DNA from: Octopus bimaculoides
Lineage: Eukaryota
Length of the DNA: 64,000 bases
Direction: 5' to 3'
Assembly (NCBI RefSeq): GCF_001194135.2
Contig: NC_068995.1
Coordinates: 30,885,272 to 30,949,271, forward strand
A program made the translations under genes and the position numbers. Below are positions 40,760 to 53,059 of this stretch, in pieces. Within the stretch, counting starts at the first letter, position 1. Each line of letters begins with the position of its first letter. The notes below the pieces were generated by a model. It was not told the origin of the DNA. It saw only the letters and a program-made list of their open reading frames with translations, and did no database searches.

Positions 40760-42690
40760 TTTATGGTCTCCTCAAAATTCACAGAAAGTTAAAAAAATTT
40801 CCTCCAATGCGTTCAATTTGCAGCAGATATGAATGTTGTACAGTCAAAATTTTTGAGTGGCTGGATGGCTTTCTACTCTTTGTAGCAAAAAGATCAAGTT
40901 CCTATATTCAAGATACTTTTGATTTTGTGTCCAAAATTAACAACATTTCTAAGGACTGAAGTAATCGAAAACTGTTTTTTGGTAACCATGGATGTTTCTT
41001 CCTTATATCTCAATATTAACCATGATGAAGGGGTTGAAGCATGCATGAATGCCTTCGAAAAACTGTCAAACAAAAGTATTTCATCTAATTTTCTCTGTAG
41101 GCTATTGAGGTTTGTGTAACAAAGTAACACAATGGAGTTTGGACTAAAATTTTACCGCCAGAGAGTGGTTGCGCTATGGGTACCTCCATGGCAGTTAATT
41201 TCGCTAATGTCTTCATGATGAAATTCGAGACACAATTACTGAAGACATTCAAATCCCTTCATGGTCATGAACCAATACTCTGGTCACAGTTCAGTGATGA
41301 TGTCTTTTGGGTCTGGGAATGATCACCAGATAGTTTAATTGACTTCTTGCATTTCTGTGACTGTTATGCTAAAAACTATGACTTTAAGTCCAACATAAAA
41401 TTTACTTCTAGTTTTTCAAAATCTAGCATTGAATTTTTGGATACAAAAGTTAAGTTTTCTGGAGGCAGAATCACGACAGAGTTATTTTGCAAGCCCATGT
41501 CATCCCACATTTACTTCCACCACCACTTCAATCATCCACATCATATAATTCAGTAAAATTCGAAATCCCAATTTTTGAGGATAAAATTGATTTGTATGGA
41601 TATAGGGAATTACTGGAAACATGCAAATGCTTTTGTATACTATTATGTCAAACGTGGTTACAGTGAATCATACTTGAAAGAAATTGCAAATGACATAGTT
41701 AAGATTAGCTAAGAAAGTCAAACTTCCATGCATAACTTTCGCAACCAAAGTAAAATTTGTGATATAATTCCTTTAGTGATTAATTAGCACTGAAATTTTG
41801 CTGGTATTTCAAAAGTGTTACATGAAGGTTAACAGCATATTGCAGAAAAAATATCTTCATTTTAAGCAAATATTCTCTCAGCTGCCTATTGTAGCCTTTA
41901 GACAGAATGAAATATAAGAGAAATATTAACCTTTACCTCTAACTCCAAGAAAACTACCATTGGAGTTTCTGAACACTGTACCTTGAAAAACAGCTGCAAG
42001 AGAAGTAAGCTCTGTTCATTGTTCAACGACATGAGTGAAGTAAATTCCATCATGAATCATAACGGAAATGTTATGATTTATATGGAAGGTGGGATGTGTA
42101 AAGATTCCCATTTGGTGTACAAAGCAGAATGCACCAAACACAACTTGATTTATGTTGGTTGTACAACAGAACAATTAAACAAAAGATTCTATGGGAACAG
42201 GTATAACGTCAGGCACAATAGCAGTAGTTCGACAGAATTTGTCAAACATTTTACATCAAGTGGCTGCAATTTTGAGGAACACCTGAAAGTACACATTCTC
42301 AGAAAATATTCTGAATCTACTACACTTTCAATCTTCAAAATGCATGAGGACAAGTATATTTGTGAATTACGAACATCATCACACCCTGGAGAAATGAATA
42401 AAATGACAGGTGAATTTCATCACATTTACACAAAACTATTTGACTAAATATTCTTTTTTCTTTCTTTTTCCTTTTACCAGTTACAAAATTGAAAACTGAT
42501 GATGTCATTCTATCAAAATAAGAATGCAGGATTTCCTGTTTATATTTTGAATTTCTGTGTTTCTACAGTTGTCTTCATTTTATATTTTGAACTTGAAGAA
42601 GATGGACGATCTGTTGAAATATAGTTCAAACCGTTAAATAAACAATCTATTACAAATCAAATCATGCTCTTATTATTGTCTATTATTATT
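40760..42690 (+). mobile_element. Penelope-like retroelement, 5'-truncated, degenerate RT plus GIY-YIG
   Basis: FYGLLKIH...SYIQDTFDF, VTMDVSSLYLNI, AMGTSMAVNFAN, FSDDVF, IEFLDTKV, then LVYKAECTKHNLIYVGCT (GIY-YIG); multiple stops and frameshifts; followed by a hammerhead remnant. Confidence 0.88.
42586..42630 (+). ncRNA. Degenerate minimal hammerhead ribozyme motif downstream of the Penelope-like ORF
   Basis: TTTGAAC-TTGAAGA-A-GATGGA CGA TCTGTT-GAAA-TATA-GTTCAAA: perfect 7-bp stem I, 6-bp stem II with wobbles, palindromic ATAT in place of stem III; core C3 mutated to T. Confidence 0.5.
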
Positions 42691-42859
42691 ATTATTAGCT
42701 TTTCTTCTTTCAATTTTGTTTCCATTTCTTGCTGAGCGTCTTTCTGACTTCTAGGACAAAGAAATTCATTATATACATTGATAGGTCATTAAACTAGCCA
42801 CACCAGATTGTTCAGTTCCAAAATGAAAAGAAGTTATGTGAAAAGAAAAAGAATAAAAT

Positions 42860-44060
42860 ACATGGGTGGTAATCATTCTCACATCAACAATGCTTTTCTC
42901 AGTACATGTGATGTGCCAAAGCCAGAGATCACTCGCAAATAATTTTCATTTCCTTTTCTGATCATTCTTAGTGCTCCTACAATCACTGGCATTATAACTT
43001 CCTTGAGATGCCACATTTTTTCAATTTCAATGAGCAAATCTTCATATTTTCTGAGCTTGTCAAATTCCTTTGCTGAGATATAATGATCACAAGGAATACT
43101 CATGTTGATAAATAAACAGACTTTATTATTTTAGTCGTTTACAGCAACATCCAATTTATTAGCTTTGATGGTTTGGTCTGTATGTACTGGAAAGTTCCAA
43201 AGAGTCATTACATTTTCTCCCTCAGTTACAACCTCAGGGTGGTGATTATACCATTTGTTGGTAGTTTTGATCTTATAATCTTGACATATTAACCAGTGTA
43301 GATATTGGTTAACTGTCATGTCTTGATTTTCCACTGGTGCTAAGCCTTTACATACAGAAATTAGGTTTCAATCACATTATTGCAAAATTAACATTTTGGA
43401 TCTACTTCATTTTTCATCACATTAGCTTGGTCAGTAAGCTTTGATCTTGAGCAGCTATGATGAAGCCTTCACTCTCTGCCTTTAACCCTAAGCTCCATAG
43501 CCACTGGTTGGTGTGCTTCTGGTCTACATTTGCTTGTTTGCTACAGGCCACATATTTGCCATGCAGAGGTTTCTGTTTCCACCTATCAGCCAATTGCTTG
43601 TGCACTTTTTTCTTTACCACTGATTTCACCTTCTTTGCAACAACAGTTGCTGCACTTCTATCAAGTTCTTTAGCAAGGGTATTATGCATGGGATCAATAG
43701 CAAATTTTTTGCTCTCCTTTATGACAAAATGAATCTTCTTATGCCTCTTGTGATTTTCAATGAGTTTTAGCATCCAGTCATTAGGCCAGTCCAATTGTAG
43801 TGATTTTGTAAGAGATTTCAAATTGGTTCCAGCCTCGACCTCCTTGGGCTCCAAGAAGGTAAAGATGATCTGTGTTTGTCTTTGGGTGGTGCATCTTTTT
43901 ACAATTCAGCAGCTTGTGTATTTTTCTGTCAATTTCTTTACTTCACCTATGGAACTGCTAAGGAATTTATGGCTTACATATTATTATTATTATTATTATA
44001 TGTTTGGCTTCTTGCTTTGTATTTGCACATGTTGACTTCAAGTTTCACCAAAAGACCTCA
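42860..44060 (-). mobile_element. Non-LTR retrotransposon 3' part with restriction-like endonuclease (R4/HERO/NeSL-like), degenerate
   Basis: KPLHGKY, GLKAESEGFIIAAQDQSL, YLHWLIC, TDQTIKANKLDVAV, MSIPCD..KEFDKLRKYEDL..EIEKMW..PVIVGAL. A second 3'-end scrap lies at 44207-44400. Confidence 0.85.
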
Positions 44061-44401
44061 AGAGGCAAGTTAGAAGTTTGGGTTATGACTAGGGTACCAT
44101 ATTTTTGGTTTTACACAGAGTATTGTTCTAGAGAATGTCTGTCAAATCATAAGTAAATTAGAAATTTGTTTAAAAAGTAATTTGATTATAATATGATAGT
44201 GTGATCTTAAGATGACAGTAAAAGGTATTTGCTACAATGTACATTTAAACATATTTTGACACTGTTTACAAATTTAAAATGTTTTGGGGATTGGATAGAC
44301 AATATTTTACATAGGATATGAACCATTTCCATGAGCACTATTTTTTGAATTTCTTCCATTTTTGGATTTCCTAGTATCTGAGGTAGCAATCAGCCCCTTA
44401 C

Positions 44402-44452
<51 letters not shown>

Positions 44453-45096
44453 CAATTGTTTTTCCATGCTGGCTTGTGTTGGGTTGGCTGTCTTCACTTG
44501 AGTTCTTATTTGAAGTTTAAGACCCCTAGATAGGTTGAAGCTCTTCCTTATCTGTACATTCCAGTTTTGCCATGGTTTCTACAACAGGGGGCTTTTCATA
44601 ATGTTAACCACTCTACAAAATGTAGTGCATGCATTTTATCATGGTACTAGCAATGGAGAGATTGCCTTATAGCTGGTACGATTAAAGAATCCCCTCTATT
44701 CTTCATAGTCTCCATCTGTTAATTTTGAAGGAAAAAGAACCAATGTGAGACGACAAAAGCAAGATAGTAGTGAGAAGCTGATAGAGAAGTCAATTATGAA
44801 AGAGAGATAGAGGTGAGAGGCTGATAGAGAAGAGAGACAATAACAGCTACATAGTTTGTTGCTAAGGAGATTGAATAGAAAAGCAGCATGAGCAGAGTGT
44901 GGGAGGAGGGATTATTGCGAGTGAGAGAGATGACTTTGTGGAACTGGAAACTGGATGTGGACAGATCTTTTGGTATCCTTTGTTATACAGGCAGCATGAT
45001 GGGAATGAGGTAGAGTAAAAGTATAGAGGTACAATGATAAGAGAGAGAAGGTGAATGGGTGGCTTAATGTGAACATATTGGATGAGGGAGACCCAA

Positions 45097-45133
<37 letters not shown>

Positions 45134-45727
45134 TTAGATTTAGATTCAAAATTGAATATGGTACTTATGTTTAGGCACCAGAATATAGTATGGTATTATA
45201 CAAAAACCATTCCAAAAGCGGGGTGATCAAAAAATCAAAATAAGCAACACGGATTTTAAAGATGATTGCAGTACGCACGTTTCATGCTACTCCATTTATT
45301 TAAGTAATGCGAGCATTNNNNNNNNNNNNNNNNNNNNNNNNNNNNNNNNNNNNNNNNNNNNNNNNNNNNNNNNNNNNNNNNNNNNNNNNNNNNNNNNNNN
45401 NNNNNNNNNNNNNNNNNNNNNNNNNNNNNNNNNNNNNNNNNNNNNNNNNNNNNNNNNNNNNNNNNNNNNNNNNNNNNNNNNNNNNNNNNNNNNNNNNNNN
45501 NNNNNNNNNNNNNNNNNNNNNNNNNNNNNNNNNNNNNNNNNNNNNNNNNNNNNNNNNNNNNNNNNNNNNTTAAATTCTGGGCATAGAGTGACCAATGGTT
45601 TCATACCCACAAAAGTTACAGCCTTGTGGACAGCTCATCAGACTCTATATGTGTTTTAATACTTACTACTCTATTCTTTAGGGTGTGCTTCTTTTTCTAA
45701 TATATATTATATTGACTATATATATAC

Positions 45728-46127
45728 GGCGCAGGAGTGTCTGTGGTAAGTAGCTTGCTCACCAACCAAATGGTTCCTGGTTCAGTCCCACTGCGTGACA
45801 CCTTGGGCAAGTGTCTTCTACTATAGCCATGGGCCGACCAAACCCTTGTGAGTGGATTTGGTAGACAGAAACTGAAAGAAGCCCATCGTATATATGTATA
45901 TATATATGTATGTATGAGTATATATTTGTGTGTCTGCTTGTCCCCCTAACATCGCTTGACAACCGATGCTGATGTGTTTACGTCCCCGTAACTTAGCGGT
46001 TTGGCAAAAGAGAGTTCGATAGAATAAGTCCTAGGCTTACAAAGAATAAGTCTTGGGGCCGATTTGCTCAACTAAAGGCGGTACTCCAGCATGGACGCAA
46101 TCAGATGACTGAAACAAGTAAAAGAAT
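45728..46127 (+). mobile_element. SINE family A, full length
   Basis: Complete head to tail. Confidence 0.88.
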
Positions 46128-46176
46128 ATATATATGTGTACACATGAAGTGGTATCAAAAAGTTCCTGGACTAGTA

Positions 46177-46586
46177 GGAGTGGCTGAGTGGTAAGTAGCT
46201 TGCTTACCAGCCACATGGTTCTGGGTTCAGTCCCACTGCATGGAACCTTGGGCAAGTGTCTTCTACTACAGCCTTGGGCCAACCAAAGCCTTGTGAGTGG
46301 ATTTGGTAGATGGAAACTGAAAGAAGCCTGTCATATATATATATGCATGTATATATATATATATGTGTGTGTGTGTGTGAATATGTTTGTGTGTCTGTAT
46401 TTGTCCCCCCAACATCGCTTGACAACCGATGCTGATGTGTTTATGTCCCCGTAACTTAGCGGTTCAGCAAAAGAGACCAATAGAATAGGTACTGGGCTTA
46501 CAAAGAATAAGCCCTGGGGTTGATTTGCTCGACTAAAAGCGGTGCTCCAGCATGGCTGCAGTCAAATGACTGAAACAAGTAAAAGA
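46177..46586 (+). mobile_element. SINE family A, full length, inserted just inside the mariner TIR
   Basis: Complete; possible tagta target duplication. Confidence 0.88.
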
Positions 46587-47071
46587 TTAGTAATGTTTAA
46601 TAAAAAATAACCTTTTTTACACAAGTTTTAACATCATCTCCTTTGAAATAGTCACTTTCCGCAACAATACACCAGTTCCAGCATTCCTGCTACTTTTGGA
46701 ATCTGGCCTGGAAGTTATTTTCTATAAACAAGTTGAGGACCTTCTGCGATTTGCTCATGATCTTTGAGTGACCTTTGAGCTGCCTTTTCATCTTAGAGAA
46801 GAGGTGAAAGTCTGCAGGTGCTAAATTTAGTGAATTGTTTTTGGCTAGAAACAAGTGAAGAGAATTTGATGATAGGGTGCATGGTCATCATGAAGAATTT
46901 AATTCTTCATGCTCCACTGATCCGGTTGCTTTTGCCAAATGTCCTCCATCAAACACTTCAAAACATTGCTGATTGTCCTCTGACGGTTCTCATGCATCAG
47001 CTGATGAATTTTCTCCACATTTCTGGGGGTGACACTTGTGGCAAGTTTTCCAGGTCATTCACCTTCCTGAT

Positions 47072-47350
47072 TGCTCATTGTCTTCCAGATCACTCATTGT
47101 CTTCCAGATCACTCATTGTCTTCCAGATCACTCATTGTCTTCCAGATCGCTCTTTGTCTTCCAGATTGCTCATTGTCTTCCAGATCACTCATTGTCTTCC
47201 AGATCGCTCTTTGTCTTCCAGATCACTCATTGTCTTCTAGATCGCTCTTTGTCTTCCAGATTGCTCATTGTCTTCCAGATCACTCATTGTCTTCCAGATC
47301 ACTCATTGTCTTCCAGATCGCTCTTTGTCTTCCAGATTGCTCATTGTCTT
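47072..47350. repeat. 19-bp minisatellite, about 15 units
   Basis: Units cactcattgtcttccagat, cgctctttgtcttccagat and tgctcattgtcttccagat. Confidence 0.95.
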
Positions 47351-47727
47351 TCGTGGATGTTCTTCCGTTTTTGAAATGCCCGTTCCACTCGAAACATTGC
47401 ATATGACCCATTGCCTCGTCACTGTAAGCTTGCCAATGTATGCTCAATGTCTCTGCAGCAGACTTCCCAACTTTAACACAAGATTTGAATATACTCTCTG
47501 TTCCAACTTCTTGTCTATGACAAAAATCGCAGACTAAAGCCTACATGTGATCACAAAAACACAAATTTTATAACTTGTGAAGTAAATACAGTGATGTCAC
47601 TCGGCACACTGCCTCATGAAGGTCACTGCTAGCTCTCACTGCACATGTAACCTTGTGCTGCCATCTATTGGCATGCTACAGAACTAGTCTAGGAACCTTT
47701 TGATACCACCTCATGTATATATATATT

Positions 47728-47761
<34 letters not shown>

Positions 47762-48480
47762 CACACATGCTTGATAATATTTGAAAGATAAGAAAGCTGT
47801 AAATAAAGGTATCAAAAGAAAAAAAGTAACCCAGCAACTTTTCTTTTTGAGGAGGGCTTGGTGGAAGATACAGCATTTGTGCCACCACCCAACAGAGAAG
47901 AGCAATGGTTTAATCATCAGTAGAAAACATGAGTGAAATATGACTCCAGCTGGTCATTGCATATTGTTAATTCACATTTTTACTGAGTATTTTACAAACA
48001 TTATATAACATTAACATTTACTATCATGTAGTAGTAGTAGTAGTAGTTTAACCCCAAATCACCCTCAATTGTGAAAACTTATCAAAAAATCTTGTCCGTA
48101 AACTACTCATCTACTTGAGGTTCACTTGGACTATATTTTGTAATATGGCCTTCTTTGTATGAGATGGTTGGATGTTACTTGGGGAAGATTTGGCTATTGT
48201 TTCTAACAGGTTGAATGGCAACATTATTGACTCATATTTACTGCTATGTTTTGTATACTTAGCTTACTATAGAGATTGCACATTGGTCAGCAAGTGATTT
48301 TTAGAGGGGAATGTAAGTTTAAAAACTGGTTTAACATTAGGAAAAGAGTTTGACAAAGGTATGTTTTTTTCTCTTGTCTGCTTTAATCTGAAAAGTTGAT
48401 ACAGAGATAAGCAGATGATCTTGGCAGGATAGGTGTATGGATCAACAGCTAGTAGTTAAATAAACTTCATTACACACTTG

Positions 48481-48687
48481 AGCAGATTATTCTCTCAAAT
48501 CTAACACTTATTTATTCACATTGTTTTGAATTTATCCTGCATTGTCTTGTTGCCTTGAAATTTTGATTACGTGGCTGTATATTTTTTAGACTAACATTGT
48601 TGGGTAGATGTGAAAGGCAGGATCTGGCCAATTTGAACATATAATAGAATATTTTGGTTGGATATGGCTGGTTTAAATGCTAAAGGG
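48481..48687. mobile_element. piggyBac-type MITE, family 2, degraded
   Basis: Shares ttattcacattgttttgaatt and ends taaaggg. Confidence 0.6.
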
Positions 48688-49465
48688 ATATACATGTGCA
48701 TGTATGTATAATGTACATACATGTATATANNNNNNNNNNATATATATTACTGATGTATATCCACAAAAGAAGTAAATTTGTGATAAGAAAACTGAAAAAC
48801 CATTGCTCTTTGAGGTAAAGTCCTTTACTATACTTGTTCCATGCTGTATTACAGTTACTCCCCTGTCACCATCAGATGGTTTGTTTTTAACCTGTAATTT
48901 GCTCTGCTTTTATTCACTCTTAGCAATATGAAAATAAAAACTATACAAAAATAATATTTTTCAGGTTTTTGTTTTTCATTATAATTAGGTTTTCTTGGGT
49001 AAAAACAACAATGTCTTCCTTGTTTTTCTCTTTTAGTAGAATGAAAAATATTTCATGATTGAGTAGCATCAGTTGGTTTATTTTGAATGCTATATTGCTA
49101 TATTTTCTGTGTAGAAAACTGTCAAAAGAAACAAGATATGAAGAACCGTGTGTGTGTGTGTGTGTGCGTGTGATCTGCCTACAGGTTGTTGTAGGTGGGA
49201 TTGGTGGTTGTGCTACTGGCAAAGAAAGAGCAAGTATCTGTTGTTGCATATAAAATATCTGACCTTCCAATAGTATTCTTGACGTCATTTCTTGCTTTTT
49301 CAAGAGGAAATAAATATTTCAATAAATGATATAATAACTTTGAGTGAAAGGAAGGTGTTTGTGCCATCCACGTTGCTGTGTTCAGAACATCATCGTCAAT
49401 GAAAGCTGAGGATGAAATTAAGAATTGCATTTTATGCATGACAAGTTATTGTTGTCCTATTGCTG

Positions 49466-49541
49466 CTGATGATGATGATGATGATGATGATGGTGATGGT
49501 GATGGTGGTGGTGGTGGTGGTGGTGGTGGTGATGATGATGA
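49466..49541. repeat. (GAT)n(GGT)n(GAT)n compound trinucleotide repeat
   Basis: Visible directly. Confidence 0.9.
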
Positions 49542-49965
49542 TTATAGACATTACAGCTTTGACCTTCTCTGCTGCTTGGATACAGAGCTGGACTTTACTG
49601 TTATATCTTTGTTACCATAGTTACAAACCACAGGGAATATTATATTTCATTATTTTGGGAATCTTTGAATTAAATAGAAACAGACTTAATTAAAGTCAGT
49701 GAGGGAGACAATTTGGTTATGTGATCTACTAGAAATAGCAGTCAAATCTTTAATTGGATAATGTAGTTCTAGATTCACTATATCTGAAAAGATGTTTAAT
49801 CTGTCTTTATTTTATTATGAAATCCAGCAAAATCTCTGAAATAGTTTAGTTGTAAAGTAGTTTGATATTAGTCAGTGGTGGGAGATAGAGCTGTTGTTTT
49901 TAATTAAAATTTAGATACAAGATGGTTGGGGTGGGTTGGGGAGAGGGTTGGTAGTTTAAATATAC

Positions 49966-50009
<44 letters not shown>

Positions 50010-50469
50010 ATCATCATCATCATCATCATTCTTTAACATCCATTTTCCAATGGGTTGGGTGGCTTGACCAGAGCTGGCAAGCTGCAGAGCCGCACCAGTT
50101 TGCTTTCTCCAGTTGGATGCCCTTCTTAACACCAACCACTTTACAGTATGCTGTGTGCTTTTTACGTGGCTTTTTGTAACTTTATATAATGCACACATAC
50201 AAGTACATATGCATATATTAATCATCTTAAGTTGACTGGGACTCCCAAGTTTCACCTCAATGGCATCATCAGCCTATTGTTTGGGGAAATTATAGAAATG
50301 TAGCTAGAACTCCCAGTGAACTGGACTAAAAACAACAAGAATTATATCTACCAACAGTAATTTTGCTTTATTAATGTTTGTCATAAAAACAACTGCGAAA
50401 TGGTCTGGATTGGATTAACAGATTACATGGTAGGAATGTGGAGCAACCAAATATATATATAAACAGAGT

Positions 50470-50640
50470 TGTGTAGTGAGGAAATATGCTTTGTCTTGTA
50501 GTCCAGGGTTCAATTTCACTGTACAGCTCCCTGAGCAAGTGCCTTTTACTATAGCCTACTGTTGACCAATATCCTGTGAGTGGAATTGGAAGGAAATTGT
50601 GAAAAAGCCTGTTGTATGTATGTATGTATGTATGTATGTA
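50470..50640 (+). mobile_element. SINE family A, 5' part, diverged
   Basis: gggttcaatttcactg..gagcaagtgccttttactatagcc. Confidence 0.6.
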
Positions 50641-50644
50641 TGTA

Positions 50645-50694
<50 letters not shown>

Positions 50695-50783
50695 NNNNNN
50701 NNNNTCTTATATATATTACAAACACACGTCATATCATCATAGCCGCACCCTTGTTACACAAGAAAAGCCATTGCCAAAAAGAC

Positions 50784-51745
50784 TTACTGAAATGATTCAT
50801 TATTAATGCTATGTGATGCCCTTATATGACTTTTAAGCCCAGCCAAACTTTTACACATTTTATTACATACTGCACAACTGTGCTGGTTGGCAGGAGAAAT
50901 AGGTGTCACTATATGCACTCTCTTAACTTGACTTTTCAGACCTCCAGATGAGAGGCACACCCTTCCACATTTTACATATGTTCTGTTGTGAATTTTAATA
51001 GCTACATCACTGTTTATCATGGGTTGATTCCTGTGAGATTTTTGATGGCTCAAACACCTCCTCCCACAAACCACACACACGAAAAACAACACTCTCTCAT
51101 TTTCCACAGGTTCCCTCCTTCTAAGCCCCCTCCTAATTCTCTCATACTTCACTCTATGCTCTTAAACCTTGAACAACCTGCAGTCTTGTGCCTCCCTCTC
51201 CCAATCACCAGCTGTAATTTCTGTCTGTATTAGAGCATTTTTAAGGCAATCCTTAAACCTTAGTTTAGGCTTGTGCGCTGGCCTCCTGCCATCTTCCAAC
51301 TCACCATACTGTAACTGCTTGGACAGTCACTCATCACTCATCCTTACCAAATGTCCCTCTCCTTACCTCAAATGTCTTTGCAAAATCATTGACTCTATAC
51401 TTTTACTGCCACTCCACATTACTAATGGCCATTTTCCAGTTTATCCCCCAAATTTTTCTCAGACAGTACTGATGGTATAGGACAACAGAAAACTGTTCAA
51501 TAATAAAAGACTGTGCCAAAACAAAAATTCTGCATTCTCACCTCATTGAGTTCCTGTATGCAGATGATTGTGACCTGTTGGCACATTCCCAGAAAGATAT
51601 GTAGCACATGCTGAATGCAATTTCTGCAGCATGTCCTGCATTGTGTCTAATGATCAATCTAAAAAGAGCTGTTATAATGTACCAGCCTGTTCCCTCCAAG
51701 ATGTATGTGGAACCTTTTATAACTCTGAATGGTCAAAGGTTGGAG
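50784..51745 (-). mobile_element. RTE-type LINE 3' end with C-terminal C2H2-like fingers and an inverted RT segment
   Basis: Minus strand: YHQYCLRKI..GHLVRM..YGEL..RFKDCLK, CAVCNKMCKSLAGLKSH. Plus strand 51520-51745: EFLYADDCDLLAHS..MINLKR..LETVPRFIY. Confidence 0.8.
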
Positions 51746-52632
51746 ACTGTGCCTAGATTTATTTATATATACATACACACATACACACATACATACATAC
51801 ATACATACATACATACATACATACATACACATCAGTGAGAAAACTGAAAAACTTGTTCTTTACAAATTAAGTCCACTGAAATAGTTGTTCTGTTGTAAGT
51901 TACAAATATTTCCATGTTTGTTGTTGTTAGAAGTGCAGTGAACCAGTGAGTGTACTCTAACAAATGGTTTGTGTGTGTGTGGAGTTGTTCTTTGCTAGCG
52001 ATTAATTTTAATAACTAGAAATGTTATTTGTAAAGCATGTGGCATAGCTTCTATCTAAATAAACACACAAATAGTTTTGAAAGATAACATGTCACACAAC
52101 TATATTTCCACTCGAGAGTAAATTGGGACAAGTAGAAATTACAAACAAAAACTAAGCAAGAGAAAAGTGGTAATGGTCATGTAATTTAGAACAATAATCA
52201 ACCTCTCTATTCATGCCCATCCCCCCCCCCAGACTACATTGTCTAGTGTGTCATACATTTTGATTTGAAGAAGTTATGACTAGTGTTTCCAACAGAATAT
52301 ACAGCAACTGTCTCAGCTTCTAATACAAGAAAACAGTTTCCTACAGATTGTATGGTTGTTAGAGAGAGAGAGCAATAATGACGCGTTATGCTTAGTGTTG
52401 TTATATCATCAAAGACTGACAATCTATGTTTACGTGTACCAGATGTGTGTCAACAAATTCTGTTCATTCTCTTTCCAGGTTTTCTTTTAACTAGTGTTCA
52501 GCCTATGGAGTAAAGTATTAGTTTCTGTTTTTGATGTCAGATTATGAAGATGATATTGCTATGAGAGGCAGCAGCTGTTTCAAATAATGCAGTGTGTGTG
52601 TGTGTGTCTGTCTATCTACTTACCTATCTACC

Positions 52633-53045
52633 TACCTTTCTCTTTCTTTCTAGGTGTGGATGTAGAGTAAGAAGCTTGCTTCCCCACCACATTGTTTCAG
52701 ATTCAGTCCCACTGTTGGCACCTTGTGCAAATGTCTCCTACTGTGGCTCTAGGCCAACCAAAGCCTTGTGAGTGGATTTGTTGAATGGAAACAGAAAGAA
52801 GCCTCTCATACATATATGTGTGTGTGTGTGTAGATGTGTTTGTTTGTCATCCACTTTTGCTTGATAACTGATGTCGGTTTGTTTACATCCTTGTAACATA
52901 GTGGTTTAACAAAAGAGACTGATAGAATAAATGCTAGGCTTTAAAAGAAAATAAACACCAGGGCTGGTTTGTTCAACTAAACCCTTCAAGGTGGTGCACA
53001 AGCATGGCTGCAGTCCAATGATTGAAAGAAGTAAAAGATAAAAGA
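52633..53045 (+). mobile_element. SINE family A, diverged, full length
   Basis: Head to tail recognisable. Confidence 0.8.
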
Positions 53046-53059
53046 CATCTCCAAAGGTG

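Larger units (their letters stand above)
46143..47715 (-). mobile_element. mariner-type deletion derivative with a nested SINE and an internal minisatellite
   Basis: TIRs catga(a/g)gtggtatcaaaaa(g)gttcct(g/a)gactagt at both ends; minus strand QCFEWNGHFKNGRTS..LEDNEQSGR. Confidence 0.8.

Noticed and set aside
41983-42447. 154-aa open GIY-YIG frame as a possible domesticated nuclease
   Set aside because: It is contiguous with a broken Penelope RT and most simply the least-decayed part of that element.
47072-47350. Regular repeat array superficially like CRISPR
   Set aside because: No unique spacers, contiguous 19-bp units, eukaryotic context, and derived from mariner sequence.
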